64,000 bases of DNA. It comes from Octopus sinensis. Its lineage: Eukaryota. This document shows, piece after piece, positions 11,822 through 26,904 of this stretch (position 1 is the first letter of the stretch; the number at the start of each line of letters is the position of its first letter). The translations under genes and the position numbers were made by a program. The stretch covers positions 44,950,001-45,014,000 of the forward strand of contig NC_043005.1 of NCBI RefSeq assembly GCF_006345805.1, written 5' to 3'. The notes beneath the pieces are model-generated. The model searched no databases. It was given only the letters and a program-made list of their open reading frames with translations, and had not been told where the DNA came from.

Positions 11822-13699
11822 CTGAGAAAGATAATTTGTGACCTATATTCAACAAAAGTAAAGTAAAGTGGAGAGATGAAACAGAACATTCACATGTTCA
11901 TTGACATCAAAGATCATTAGGAAGAAAATTGCTACAGACATATAATTTGGATGTGTTATTTAACACTGTGCTACAACTGTTCAATGTTTTCCATATACTT
12001 AAATTTGTTGTACCTAACAGGAGTAGGAAAACTATCCTCCCCAAGTTGCTCATATTAAAATATCTTCTTTTGAATTGCTTTATCTCTAATTCTTTTTAAT
12101 TTTATCTCAGTTTGCTTGTTATTTTAGATAATTAACAGTATAAACTCAGAAAGTGTAAAAAAAATGTCTAATATAAATTTCATTTAAACAGAAAAAGAGA
12201 AAAAGGAAAAGAAGTGAATCAATGATATGGAAGAAAATTTAGTCAGCCACAATGATGTGGAAATAATGAGGATCTATGTTTAGCATCAAAATTCTATCAA
12301 AGTAGGAAAACTCTGAAGAACATATAAGAATACCCATAAGACTAAGAGGTACAGTTATAAAATAAATATTACACACATGCACAAACATGCATACACATGC
12401 TTGGAATATCCTAGCTAAGTTTTATGTTTGCAGTATATTTCTGTAAGCTTAAAAACAAGAGAAGAATGTGAGAACAACAAACAAAAGTACAAGGTCAATA
12501 TAGTTAAATTGTGGGGAAATAACAGAGAAGAATTTAACGTTTTGGACAGTGGTCTTTTGCCAATAATGGAAAAGAAATAAAAAAGGAAAAATGCTAAATG
12601 AAATAAACAAAACAGTGTTTATTTTCAGCAAAGCAGCATATTGAATAACAAACAGAATTGAAGTGAGCAGAGTGGTCATATTTAGAATTCTGATTTTTTA
12701 GTCAAAAGAATGAGAGCTAAGGAAGATAAATAAGGAAAGCATGGAAAGGTATAAGTTGTACAAGCATATGTAAGCATACTGTGAATGCTAAGGGGTGTAT
12801 GTGTTAGCAAGTTGTGTGAGTATGTATATGTTTGTATGTTTTCGAGAATTGATGTAGATATGCTGTACTACTGCATGGGTGGTGTGATCAGAGCCTAATG
12901 TTGTGTGGGCCAGTGTGTCTACTAGGTGGGTAGTGAAGTGTGTATGATGAGATGAATGGGTTGTGTGCATCTGTGTAAGAAGAAAGGAGGGTTAACGTGC
13001 ATGTCAGCGTTATTGGTGTTTGTGGATGTTTTAGTGGGTAGGCAGTGTTTTTAGTGGATAGTAACTCTATAATTTGAGCATGTAGGCATTTTGAAAATAC
13101 CTTGCAGAGTGACAACCATGCCCTGCACAGTTTTGAGCTGCTCCTTTGGCAATGATTAGCACCCATTCAGCCACCCTGTCAAGGATACAACAAAATCATG
13201 AAACTGCTACACAGTGGATTGTGAAGAGGTAGCAGAAGAGCTCAACTGAGCTAATGGTGCTTCTTACATTGATGCTGAGCAAAGGATCAACAGTCAGGAT
13301 CACCAATCTCTATCAAGAGAGTAACAGCAACACATCCATAGGGGCAGTGTCCATGTAATCAGCTAATGAACGATTCACTATGACTCAAGCTCCCAATACA
13401 AATTCATAATAATGGAACTGGATGGAAACAGAGAGTCATGGGAATCTGACAAAGCAGCAAAAAAAAAAAAAAACCATATAATTAATACTTGTTGAATAGA
13501 TTGTGATTAATCAAAAAATTAATTATTTTTCTTAATGCAAATGGAAGTCAGTAGTTCCATGGAGTTTTACAATTCTGCAAACAGTGAGATAACAAATTGG
13601 TCAGGTCTAGAAAACTGAAGTGACAGGACATTGGTTTATTTCTCTCTCTCTCTCTTTTGTCTCACAACTAACAACCATATCATCTAAACACTACATACC

Positions 13700-14270
13700 T
13701 CTACAGTATCTACTTCCTCCCCAAATTCTAAAAAAACTAATACCACTGATTGTTCTATTACTTTTACCTGCAACTGCTGCATAAAACTCATTTCCAAATA
13801 CCTCAATCAGTGCTTCTCACACTTACATCCTTACTTCCATGTTACTAACCAGGCTGTTCAGCTATTCAACTCTTTCTCCTTCTCCTTCTCCCCTTGATCC
13901 CCTCCTTGATATTCTTCAACTTTACAATGTGACACTTCTCTCTCCCATGGCAATAAAGATCTCATCCTCAGATATTTCTTTGACTATTGCACTATGGACC
14001 AAACCCAGCACCTCTACTCTCTGTCACTGCACTGAACTCATATTCACCTGCAACTGCTTTTCATTTTCCAGAGACTTCCACCTGAAGTTTACAAGAAGTA
14101 GTCATGAGACTACTAGTACTCAAATCTGTTTTTTTGTTACAATGAAGCCCAAATCTTTACCAAATTTATACCAGTGAACTCATCACACAGCTGTATAATC
14201 ATCACACTTGCAACTGTACTAGTGATATCTCCTTTAATTGTGCACAGCATAACTCATAAATGCCTTCAAC
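13700..14270 (+). mobile_element. Highly degenerate Penelope-like RT fragment
   Basis: PSTSTLCHCTELIFTCNCFSFSRDFHL resembles the PLE RT segment PSTTTLLRLAELVLTLNNFSF; an upstream FTM motif lies in another frame. Confidence 0.5.
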
Positions 14271-14352
14271 CTACGTTTTCTACTATGGTTTCAGGATGAC
14301 CAAAGCCTTGTGAGTGAGTTCAGTAGTTAGAAAGTAGTGAAGGTAGCCTGTC

Positions 14353-14436
<84 letters not shown>

Positions 14437-14565
14437 TAAACATATATACATGTATATGTTAATATGTATATACAAGTATGCATCTTGGATATTCCATTAC
14501 CATGCTCTTGCAGACCACCTAGATAGCCAATGGATTTATATTATTATGCATATATAAATGAAAGA

Positions 14566-14597
<32 letters not shown>

Positions 14598-14651
14598 AGA
14601 AAATAGCTCACTACTTAGCTGCACAGACAATCTGTTGGACAGATACATCAG

Positions 14652-14700
<49 letters not shown>

Positions 14701-14881
14701 AGAGAGAGAGATACATGCATACATATAATATATATATGTGTATATATATATATATTTATATATATATAGTCATTATACGTACATTATTTTTAACTTGTTT
14801 CTTATGTATATATATATAGAGAGAGACAGACAGATAGAGAGACCGAGAGAGAGAGAGAGAGAGGCAGACAAACAGGCAGAC

Positions 14882-14946
<65 letters not shown>

Positions 14947-15304
14947 TTCATTTAGCATATAAGCTAAGATAAGAAATACACCATGGAATGGTTAGGAAAT
15001 AGTAGGCTTGAAATGAGAATTGAAAAAGCAGGAAAAGTATTAAAATCTTGAGTAATAAGGGACAAATTGATAGGCTGCATAGAATGAGGAAATAGATGGA
15101 TACATCATTAGATCATACATGTAATATAAGGAAGAAGATAGATGGAGCAGAGCTTTATCTAGAGGAAGAAAGAGATTAATAGTGAGATAGGACACGAAGC
15201 TTCCGGAAATTGAGAAACGAAACATACAAGAGATAATAAAGGTAGTTATATTATTGATTGTTAAATGACATAACACAGAAGGACATTTTAAAGTAAATGA
15301 GAGA

Positions 15305-15306
15305 CG

Positions 15307-15347
<41 letters not shown>

Positions 15348-15760
15348 TGTGTGCGTGTGTATGTTATTGTGTGTGTGTGTGTGCTATTGAGTGTTTCTGC
15401 TATTGTGTGCTTATGTTATTTTGTATGTGTATGTGCATGTCTGTTGTGTATTATGTATGTGTATATGCATTAACACACGCACTAATACACTAATACACAC
15501 ACACACACACACATTAACATACAAACACACGTGTATGCTTGTGCAAGTCTGTATGTTTTTGTGTGTGCGTGTGTGTTATGTGTTAGTGTGTCTGTTAGTG
15601 TGTATGTGAGCATGTGCATGTGTGTTTGTGTGTATGTTAGCGTGTTGTGTGTGTGTGTGTGTTAATGTGTGTGTGTGGGTTAGTGTGCATGTTAGTGTGT
15701 GTGTGTGTTAATGTGTATGTGTTATTGTGTGTTAGTGTGTTAGTGTGTATGTGGTGTTTT
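15305..15760. repeat. Degenerate (GT)n-derived low-complexity block with recurring GTTAGTGT motif
   Basis: Read directly. Confidence 0.85.
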
Positions 15761-16829
15761 CAATGGAAGAGCTATGGTGTAAGGAAATTGTCTGATAAAA
15801 GTTGAAGATACTGAGATTTATAATGTGCAATATTGCAAACAAGGATTGGTTTTTATTCTGTTAAGTTTTCAGCAAGCCAAATCGGTGACCTCATTTTAAT
15901 TTCCATTTACAGTCATTTTGCATACATCACAAGCTCCTGTAAGAAAGACATGAATGTCAGACATTCTCACGTCTTTTGTTAAATGTTTTTTAAATAACAT
16001 ATACTTTGAGTTTTCGTGCTTCCCACCCCAAGACTATGTTAGTAGTGCAGTAGGCCTCTAGGCAGGCCAATACATAGGGCCCCATAGTGCTTATAGTAGA
16101 TGACACTTGCTTCAGGTGCCACACAGTGAGACTGAACTCAGAACCATATGGTTAGGAAGCAAGTTTTCTTACCACACAACCATGCCTTCACTTTGGTCAA
16201 GGTTTGAACTCAGACCACAGAGAGCTAGAACAAATAATACAAGACATTTTGTCCTGTCCACCACAACGTTTGGTCCTTGTTTCAGTAAAGTGACTTATGT
16301 GCTTCCATGACACCAAGAGCTGTGCCAATGGGTTGCAGACTCCTGATAGGACCTTTCATACTGGAAAAGTCAAGGGATAGAGGCCAGACTAATAATGGAC
16401 CCACCTCTTGCCAGAGATAAAAATGGATTTGCATAGGTCCAACACCTCTTCATAGAAACAAGTTACAGAAGCATCGATGATAAATCAAAACCATCAAGAC
16501 TTGGGGGAAGAAGGTCAAGAAGGCATTTTGTCAGGAAAATATATGATAAGGTGCCACAAAATATTTAAAAGGAAACCGCAAGGAAACAGGGATCTAACTG
16601 GAGGAGTAAGCAGAAAAGGTAGCCTCATGTTCATCAATGGCCTGTGCTCCATAGGAAACAAGTGGCTTAAGTGAATCAGTATTTTGTACCACCACAACCA
16701 CCATCATCACTATTTAACATGAGTTTTCCATGCTGGTAGGGTTGAATGGTTCAACAAGAACTGGCAAGCCAGAGTACTGCACTGCAAGATCTATTGTTTG
16801 TTGTGGCACAGTTTATCTTTTATCTCTCA

Positions 16830-17990
16830 TCTTTGACAAATGTTAGTAGAACAGTCCACAACTCTCCTACTCTATAGTAGATATGTAGATGACATTAATA
16901 TAATAGTTAGAACCAACTCTAGTGATGGTAATGTAGAGACTGAGAAGAATGTAATGGAGAGCATCCAGCAAATAGCTAACTCCATTCACCAAAGTATCAA
17001 GGTAACTATAGATTACCCCTCTAAGAACCCTAACAATAGACTCCCTGTACTTTGGTTAGAGACTGTGAACAATAGAGTGCAGCTCCTCCACTCTTATTAC
17101 ATGAAGCCCGTAACTTCAAAATATGTTGTTCACAAGAAATCAGCTTTGTCACACAACATGAAAATTAACATACTAACAGCAGACCTAGTAAGAATAATGA
17201 ACAATGTGTCCCCACAATGCGAACCCTATGAAATGAAGAAATATATACAGAACTTCATACACCACATGCAGTTCTCTGGATATGATAAGAAAGACAGGGT
17301 TCGTGTATACAGTGGGGCTAGAAAGAAATTAGATAATATTATATGAAATGATACCAGTGGTACCTGCCCTAGATATAGAAATAAAGAATGGAATATCATA
17401 CAAAGAACTTGTGACAAAGCAAACAGGGCGAACACGTGGTATAAAACCAACAAATATCAAGGAGTGATGTTTGTAGAGGCCCACAGCCCATGGAGAACTA
17501 GCCCGTAGATTTAGAAAAGCTCTGAAGGAGACCAAACGCAACATTAAAATTGTTGAAAAGCCAGGGAACTCTGTCAGATCACAACTATGTATGACATACC
17601 CCTTTAAGAATACCATATGAACCAATGATAACTGCATAGTATGTAGGATTAGCCCTGGTATTAACTGTAGAATTCAAAATGTAGTTTACAGCATAAGATG
17701 CATAGAAGGTGCTTGTAAGGACATGAACATGATGTACATAGGGGAGACTTCTAGGAGCATTGCAGAACAGATAAATGAACATCTAAGACAATATGACGAC
17801 AGAAAACAGTCCTCCATACTCTACCAACATGCCAAAGACTACCATGGAGGTAACTTAGGTCATCTTATCCAAGCACCCAAAAGACCCAACACTCAGACAA
17901 ATACGGGAGTACATCCTTATAAATGAAACCTCCCCAATACTAAATAGGAAATATACACAATAAATACCATACCTCCATACCCACAGTTTA
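16830..17990 (+). mobile_element. 5'-truncated Penelope-like element: RT C-half + C-terminal GIY-YIG endonuclease, inactivated
   Basis: YSRYVDDINII (RT catalytic), DYPSKNPNNRLPVL, YMKPVTS, a C-x4-C-x2-C-type linker, then VVYSIRC...YIGETSRS...NEH...QH. In-frame TGA at 17344 and 17618; frameshifts near 17480 and ~17860. Confidence 0.9.
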
Positions 17991-18039
17991 CACAGGTAGA
18001 GTAGAATAGTTAGTGGACTATTAGGTAGATAAATGGATC

Positions 18040-18560
18040 AATGTATGTATGTATGTGGGTGTGAGTGTGTGTATGCACTTTTAAAAAAAAATTTTTATTT
18101 ATTATAATTTTTTAAAATTTATTTCTGTATGTAAGCATATAGATATGTGAATAAACAGATCAATATACAGATGGATAGGTATATAGACTATATGAACAGA
18201 CACATATGGAAACACAAATCCACACATATAAAGATGCACATCCATACATACAAACATGGTACACAGTTGCATAACACACACACACCACACACACACACAC
18301 AGACATGCACACACAAGGAGACAGAGGTGCATATACATATACAAACACATGCTCACACACACATACATAGAAAATACACAAACACAGACAGGCAAGCACA
18401 TAAATATGCAGGATACATACATACAGATGCACACACATACATACATATATACATATGCATACACACACATATATACATACATACACATGCAAACACACAT
18501 ATACATACGTACATGCATGCATGTATAGGCACACACACATACATTGACCCACACACATGC
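18040..18560. repeat. Degenerate (CA)/(TA)/(CATA) low-complexity block
   Basis: Read directly; source of the 168-169 aa pseudo-ORFs. Confidence 0.9.
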
Positions 18561-18579
18561 GCACAAACAAACAAAAGGG

Positions 18580-18805
18580 AACGCAGTGTAAATAACGGAC
18601 AGAGTCAAAAACTATTGAAAAGGTTGCAAGATGCAACGAAAATTTTAGGACAATAAAAATAAGAAAAAAAGTGGAAATTTTACCGGTGAGTGTGTTAAAT
18701 AATAAGGCACAAAAAGAAAATGACTCTCTCCAGACACAACAGAATATGCTTCAACACACGAACTCATATAAAGAATCTTGCAAACCAAATCCAAAAACGA
18801 AATAT
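18580..18805. repeat. Single-arm copy of the 6593-6890 repeat family
   Basis: ACTATTGAAAAGGTTGCAAGA...GGAAATTTTACCGGTGAGTGTG...GCAAACCAAATCCAAAAACGA is shared with 6690-6880. Confidence 0.85.
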
Positions 18806-19969
18806 ATATATATATATTTTATATATGCATGTGTTTGTGTGATAGATATGTTACTGCACTGGACAAAATGTTTCACAGTATTTCATCCATCTTTACACTC
18901 TGAGCTCAAATTCTGTCATGGTGACTTTACCTTTCATCCTTTCAAGATTGATAAGAAGGTACCAGTTGAACACAGGGGGTCAATGTAGCTGACATACCCA
19001 TTCCCTGAAACTGCTGGCCTTGTGCCAAAATTTGAAACCAAAATTTCCTCTCTCCAAAACTGTATATGATTAATTATAAATTATAAATTATAATTGAATC
19101 TTTTTTCTTTTTTATCTTTGAAAATAATTGATTTTGAATTATTCCAATTGTATTATTTTAAATTTTGTGATCTGTGAGAAAAGTGCCAGAATAATAACTA
19201 TTTTACAATATCTAGTTTTGTTCTTTTTTGCAATCTGTGTTGAAATTGCACTGAGGGACTCTTTACCTGCCAATGCTTGATGAACTATTGATCTCTGATG
19301 TAGGCTTGTGGTTGATTATATTGATCCCCAGTATTTCAGGTTATTATTTTATTGATAGTGAAAGAATGAAAGACAAAGTCAGCCTTGGTGAGATTTGAAC
19401 TCAGAATATAAAGACTGTAACTGAATATGCAAAATGCTTTATGTGACTGTCTAATGACTTTGCTCATCCATTTCTGTGTGATGCTGATACCAAACATGTA
19501 CTGGAGACAATTCAGTCCAATATTCAGCTCTTTTATAGATATATGTAAATATCAGCTGTCGGATATAAGGTTTAGAGACAGTGGACAAAATACAAAATCA
19601 GGCGCAAAGATTCAGCATACTGTACTTGTGAAGTCCTTTATAAGACCTCCAGCTACACAAAAAACACCGAACATAATTAAGATCTGCTTAATTTTAGAAC
19701 TCAAAAACAACCAGTTTTGGCTCCTGGCCAAACTTGAAAGCTAGCTTATAATTCCTAACACAAGGCTTAATAGCTCATAAGTGGCTTCTTAAAAGTATGT
19801 CCAAGAAAACGACTTCCAAATGACTCCAGGATTTTAAACAATATATTAAATACATCAAAAGGGTGAATGGAGTTTCATATTTCCTTCTCTTATATCTTTC
19901 ACCAGTTTCTTTCATAAAAAATGGGTCAGAGAGATTGAAATGTTATGTTCAGAAATCAACAAATACCTA

Positions 19970-20188
19970 TGAGGGCTTGCTAAAAAGTTTCTGGCTGTAA
20001 GGGTATCACAAAAGGCCTGGTTGGAGGTACAACCTTCCAAGTTCTTTTACAGAGCTTTGAAAAACTAAGAAAACCACTGCAATAAGTGTGTGAATCTGAG
20101 AGGAGAATATGTTGAATAAGAATCATAATTAACGTATCTTCCTATGTTTTCTTTTACCCAAAGCCAGGAACTTTTTAGCACCTCCTCA
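19970..20188 (+). mobile_element. Mariner-derived MITE (219 bp), TA TSD
   Basis: TIRs TGAGG...GCTAAAAAGTT(T/C)CTGGCT with TA on both sides; retains the transposase C-terminus KCVNLRGEYVE*. Confidence 0.85.
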
Positions 20189-21076
20189 TACAACTAGTTT
20201 GGACTGTAACAGGAAAGCTAGCTGACTGATAACTTATTCACTCAACCACTTTACCAACACATATCTTTCTCATTTTAACATAATTCCTGAAGGTAATTTT
20301 TCTTTTATTTTGCCTTTTTCTTTTAGCCATTTTATGCAGAAGGAAAAAAATCAACATTTGTTATAAAATATCACACATATCATGACATATCAAAATATAT
20401 ATAAATGGGAAAATATCAGCATGCATGACAAAACATCCTATCTCAACATATACTGTTTTAATGAACTATTTTAATAGAACTATAGGCTATTTTAAATAAG
20501 ATGGAGTCTGTTGTAGCTTCTGGGGATAACAAAAGAAATAATCATTCTCCAATTAAGAGCTTGGCCAAAAACACTAGATCATCATCAACTTCATTTTTCT
20601 CCTCCCCCTCAGCCTTCTCCTCCTCCTCCTCCTCATCATCATTTTCATCATAATTCAACAACCGTTTACCATGCTGGTATGGGTTGCACAGTTTGATAGA
20701 TGACAAGCCAGAAGACTGTGTCAAGCTCTATTGTTGGCTGTTTTGGTGTTTTTTTTATGGCTGGATGCCCTTTCTAACACCAACCATTTTACAAAGTTTA
20801 TTGTGTTCTTTTTTGTGCATGGCACCAACAGTTGTGAAGTTACCAAGTAACTTACAACAAAGGTTCTTCAACTAAGCAGGGAGTAGAACTGCGGTGGGTG
20901 GACTTGTATCAGGTGATGAAAAGTTAGTACAGAAATAGATTTCTTACAGAAGAAAAATACATGGCTACCTCAGTTGGAGAGAGAGAGAGAGAAAGAGAGA
21001 GAAAGTGATAGAGGAGAGCAAGAAAGTAGAGAGATAGAGAGAGAAGAGATAAGGAAGATGATGAAGATATGATGGG

Positions 21077-21297
21077 ACATGGAGGCATGTGGCTTAGTGG
21101 TTAGGGTTTTGGACTCATGATCACAAGATTGTGGTTTCAATTCCTGGACTGGGTGAGGCATTGTGTTCTTGAACAAAACACTTCATTTCACATTGCTCCA
21201 GTCCACTCAGCTGGTAAAAATGAGTAATCCTGCGATGAAACTGGGAAACCAGTCCTTATGAGTCGGCATGACTCAAGAAGGCAACTTCATCTTTATA
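21077..21297 (+). mobile_element. SINE family C
   Basis: GGAGGCATGTGGCTTAGTGGTTAGGG...GGTTTCAATTCC tRNA-like head. Confidence 0.85.
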
Positions 21298-21904
21298 CTT
21301 AGGATAGGACATGCACTCAAGTTACAGGGAAATGAATATGTGGAACCAGATATTGGTTAGGGTGAGTGGGTGAAATATATTTATTTTTCATTTAAAAGAT
21401 TTTTATTTTGCTTCTAACTAAATCGACTTTTGTGAACAATGGTGATAATTTGTTAGCTCAGTTTTTATAATGATTATATCTGAATGCAAAAAAGACAAAT
21501 TGATGCATTTAATCCAACTTTTGTCTAATTCTGAGTAGAAGTCACTGGAGGAGCTTCACAGAAAAATAGTTTAAGAAGTTTACTGGGCTCAGATTCAGCA
21601 TCCCACTTGGTAGCTAATGGGTAATTGTTATTGATCATAGCCTCGGGTAAATCCAAAATTTGTGTGTGTGAAATTGAGTCAACAGAAAGTTTTTGGAGGC
21701 TTGTTGTATAGCTTGTACTGGAAATTCAAAAGTCAAGCTTTCTTACACATTGCGTCATGCTAATACTACCTGAGATACAAGTGACTATGGAATACTTAAC
21801 CACTTACATGCTAAGTCAATCAGCAGACACCTCAGTTGATTAAACAACTGAATACTCATTTGTTGAAATCAATGGAGATCCATTTATTTCACTCTTTAAT
21901 GAAT

Positions 21905-23045
21905 CCAATGAACTTACAATGAAGTCCCTTGTCTGTACATTGTGGACTAATTTCTTAAGGAGCAAGAGAACCTGCTGAAGGCTTTCATCAAGTAAACAAT
22001 GCCAAGTTCATTGGATTACTTTAGGCTAAACACTTCTACTGCAGTTGCCTTACTAAAAAGATAGCATCAATAGTACTTCTACCTGACACAAAACCATACT
22101 GTATCTCATCTAGTCAAACTCTCTTCATAATTAATTGAGCCTTTCTGTAGCTTTCATGATCTGGTCCAAAGTTCAATATCTCTGTAATTGCTCCTATCCA
22201 AAGCATTTCCTTTAACCTTGTAATAGTTGACCATAATACTGCTACACCAGTCATTGTGTATAGTACCTTCCATTAGAACTTGATTAATTATGCAGGTGAT
22301 GAGACTGTATACCACTTTTAGGCAACTCAGTAGAAATTTCTGATGAACCAGAGGCTTTCTCTGTCTTCATATCCTTAATTGCTTTATCCATCATACAGTG
22401 TCAGTCCATATGACTAGTATCTCTGTTGGGTTCACATTAAGAAGACACTCTTCCACACATTTTCTACATATAACAGCACTTCCATACCTCTTTATTTTCA
22501 GAATCACACAGTGCAAGTATACCATCAGTACCATTATCCTTCTATGACACACTTCTTTCCCAAAGCATCTTGATTTTCTATGATACACTGTCTGGAACAC
22601 ATCATGCCCCTAGTCCTCATGCTGCAAAACATTAGCCAAACCTCTTCTTTCTGCTTCTCCCCTTGCTAAATTGACTTTTTAGCCCATTTTGTTTTAACTA
22701 CCAAGCTACCTGGTATAATTCTCTGCTATCCCTATTGTTTCAATCCTTCCAAACTAATTGCTTCGCTTTTATGGCTTTGTCTATTTCACTGTTCTGCCAC
22801 ATTTCCCTTGGTCTGGCTTGAACTTTGAACCAGCCACAGATTTAGTCCATTGTCCTCAGTAGCTTACTTGTCCTGTAAGAACTTCCAGATATCCTCCATC
22901 TCCAGCTTCTTGTCAAATGCTTCATTTAGAATTTTTCTTCTCTAAATCTCTAATTATTCAAAAGTTCTTTAAGTTTCCATGTCATCTTTTTCCAAATTGG
23001 TTTATGCCTCGCAGTCCTTCGAGCTGTATCTGTCAGTGCTTTGAA
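21905..23045 (-). mobile_element. Old RTE LINE relic (pre-RT and RT N-half)
   Basis: Minus-strand fragments DKAIKDMKTEKASGSSEI, an IDAIF-like region and KAFSR; many stops and frameshifts. Confidence 0.7.
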
Positions 23046-24894
23046 GAGTCCTTTTTCCTTAATGAATTTAAAGAGAAAATTAAAGGAATATGAAATATTT
23101 AATGACTAATGAAAATATAGATAGATATATTTTCTTTTTAACCACCTAATGGATCTATAACCTTATTTACAAACATTTTCTAGCTTAAATAGATCTATTT
23201 CCTTGTTACACCCAACTAATTGCTATAGTGACAGCAGTTTCAATACAAAATATTAATTGTAATATTAATCGTAATAGCTTTATTGATTAATTCTTCACAA
23301 TATCATTTTTAATTCCTTCATTTCTAATTTATATCATTTTTCTAAAATATTGGATTAAAAAAAAATTCAACATTTTATTTTGAAAAACCAGCCATAATGC
23401 CACTGATGATGTGACTTGTGTAAATAGGTTATGAACAAAAACGACACCTCCCTACCACTGGACTGTTGTTCTCATTTAATTGAAAAAAATATTGTCTTTT
23501 GTCTGCTCTGCATCAGAATAAATAATTCAATATTCTCTTTCTTTGATAGTTGTTTGAATTTTGTAAAAACATGCTGGAATATTCTATTTTTTGTTGAGGT
23601 TCATGAAACTCACATATTAGTTCCTGCTTTTGATAATAAATTCTAAATTTTAAAGCAATTGTCTAGCTCAAGATCTAGGTTAGTTTCTTTAAATTAAAAC
23701 TTAACATAAAGCCTATGATTCTCAAAATAGGTTTAAAAGTTGGTGAAAATCTTCTGCTTGAACTGAAATTGAAGTTATATTCTTGTTCCAAAAACTACAG
23801 AAGAAAATTGTAAAATTTATATCTCATATTTTTATGAGAAGCTTGTGTAAAATATTTATTTTTATACAAAAAATTGTACATCAGTTTTATACATTGACTG
23901 TAAACATGAATATTGGATAGATCAATACAAGATATAAACAGAAAGAAAAAGAAAGTGGGTATCTGGTGTAATCTGGCACTTAAGAAAGCACCAAATGGCA
24001 CTTGGTGCAAAGGGCCTGCTGCTTACATTTCCCTTCTTTTCCTCTTTGTTTATATCCCATTTTTACAATATCATGCATTCAATATATAAAAGTATTTGAA
24101 CAATCCTACTTTAATAAAAAGTTCAATTTATGATAAAACATTAAATTTTTTAAATTTAATTTTACTTGAAAGTTGATAATATTTCTTCATTGTCAAAATG
24201 TGAAATGTTTCATTTGGGAAAATTGAAAAAAAATATGAAACCTATTTCAGATTTTTCAGGCATAGGAAACAATTATGTCTTCAACAAATCCTTAGTCTAA
24301 ATCCTGTAGAAAAATGACCATATATTTGATATTTTCGAAATATAATATCTCTAGCTTATCTTACATGCCATAACTGCAATGCTCCCATCCTTTGTAGCTA
24401 TCTTAGATACAATACACAAAAACTCATTCAATAGCCTTTGGCAAAATGAAGACACATCATTCACATATCAACAAGCACATGTAATTAAGTACCTATGTAT
24501 CTACTCATATTTAGTCTTGAACAACATATTATTAAAATCCTTAAGGTCAGTGCAAAAGCAATACTTCACAATATCTGATAATCATTCCTTGCAACCTAAC
24601 ATTGGCTAAAACTGCTTTGCCAAAAAACTATGATCAGAAAACTAAAAGCATACAATGGAATACAACTCTTATATTAGAAACTGTGTTACTTTGCTGATAC
24701 ATACATAGCAAACATTTTAGGTTGTATCCAAGGAAGACCAACTCACTGATTGGTAAAAACCTCACGCTCATAGCAGCATGAGGGTTCAGTACATAGGTTC
24801 TGTGTGTGCACGTGCATGTGTGTGTGTATGTATGTGTGTGGTGCGTGTGTGTGTATGAGTGTGTATGTTGTGTGTGTATGCATACACACACTTA

Positions 24895-25140
<246 letters not shown>

Positions 25141-25934
25141 GTATATAATTCTTTAGTAAAAATATTATTAGCAGTAACTTGGAAGTTTTGGTCTGCTTAG
25201 CCTTCAAACAAGCATTAATATACATAGATATATACATATTTATGCATCGTGCATATATGTACATGTGTGTGTGTGTGTGTGCGCGCGCGTGCACATGTGT
25301 GTATGTGCGCGCACGTGTGTGTATATGTACCTGCAAGAAAATAGGCTTATAAATGCATGTACTACAGTCATTCTTTCATCATTTTTATAGACATTACTCA
25401 TACGTTGCATTTCCCACTCCAGACCTCTGGATTATAGAGTAAATATTTGCTCAGCTTCTTTATGATATGAAATGTCATATCATTTAATAATAACATTAAG
25501 CAACATTCAATAACTGATATCTTCAGGCTTTGCTGAAAAGGTATAGGTTGTTGCAATTTCTGACAATAATTCCCATACCATAAATATATGTCTTCAAGGC
25601 ACCAGCCCATTCTTTGAATCATGCAGTTTATATCAGACTCAGATCTACAAGTATTGATTTTGCCTGGGATAAACTTTATTTTACAATTACCCCAGTTTCA
25701 GATCTTGCAGTCATGAAACTGAAATCAAAACATTGATTTTAATGAATTTCTTCCAGTTTTGTTGGAAATTTCATGAAACATTTTAACTTTGATTTTGACC
25801 TTAAAAAAGAATGTGTTGGAATTAAGCAGTTTTAGTCAAATTTACAATATCTATAAACACTGTTAACCCTTTTGATGCCGTACTGCCAAAAGCATTAAAA
25901 CCACCAATGTCATATAAATTTCTGTCTTTTATTT

Positions 25935-26185
25935 TTATTTTTCTTTATTTCCAGTCATTAGACTGCAGTCATGTTGTGGGTACTGCCCTGAAGGGCTGAA
26001 TCAAACAAATTAACTCAAGTACTTTTTTTGTATTTGTTTTTAAAGTTTGGTACTTATTCTATCATATGCTTTTTGTCGAACTGCTAAGTTACAGGGACAT
26101 AAACAAACCAGTACCATTTTTCTAAGCAGTAATGGGGACAAACACAAACCCTCAGACACAGATATAGACACATACATACACATAC

Positions 26186-26225
<40 letters not shown>

Positions 26226-26410
26226 CATTATGTGGCACCCACACTGGTATCACAATGGGCTTCATTCAGTTTCCATCTACTAAATCCCTGCACAGGGCTT
26301 CATTGGCTCAGGGCTATAGTAGAAGATGCCTAAGGTGTCACACAGTGAAACTGAACCAGGACCATTGGTTGGGGAGCAAACTCATGTAGTCACAACAACA
26401 GCTGTGTTAC
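25935..26410 (-). mobile_element. SINE family A, diverged
   Basis: Colinear with 26905-27304. Confidence 0.8.
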
Positions 26411-26904
26411 TAAACCATTCCAAACTGCCTGAATTTATTAAAAGAAATCATTTTAGAATTCAAGTCTTAGCTAAAATATTCTTATCACATCATACACATG
26501 ATCACGTGACTAACCAGGTTATCAGATGGTCACAATGTGCTTTTGCATTGTTTCAGCCATCGAATGACACCGCCCTGCTGGCTAGATGAGCAGGCCAACA
26601 TTCCCCACTGATCAAGGAGATTGGAGCTAAATAAAATGAAGTGATTTGCTTAAGAACACAATACACTGTCCAGTCAGGGAATTGAACCCATGATCTAGCG
26701 ATCATAAGTGCAACAGCTTAACCACTAGGCCACACACCTTCACAAATGTTCTTGCATGAATCATAATTGTTTCAAATTTTGGCGCAAGGCCAATGATTTC
26801 AGGGAAGGGAGCAAGTTGATTACATCAACCCTGGTGATCCATTGGTACTTATTATATCGACCATGAAAGGATGAAAGGCAAAGTCAGCCTTATGAATCAT
26901 AATA

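Noticed and set aside
12780-13170. Possible APE-endonuclease relic (LGSDH) on the minus strand
   Set aside because: Only one short motif is recognisable amid stops.
14980-15290. Purine-rich stretch that may be an old LINE endonuclease fragment
   Set aside because: No diagnostic motif; too decayed to call.
19427-19744. 105-aa plus-strand ORF in unique-looking sequence
   Set aside because: It starts inside a SINE-B remnant, has no recognisable domain and no clear splice sites.
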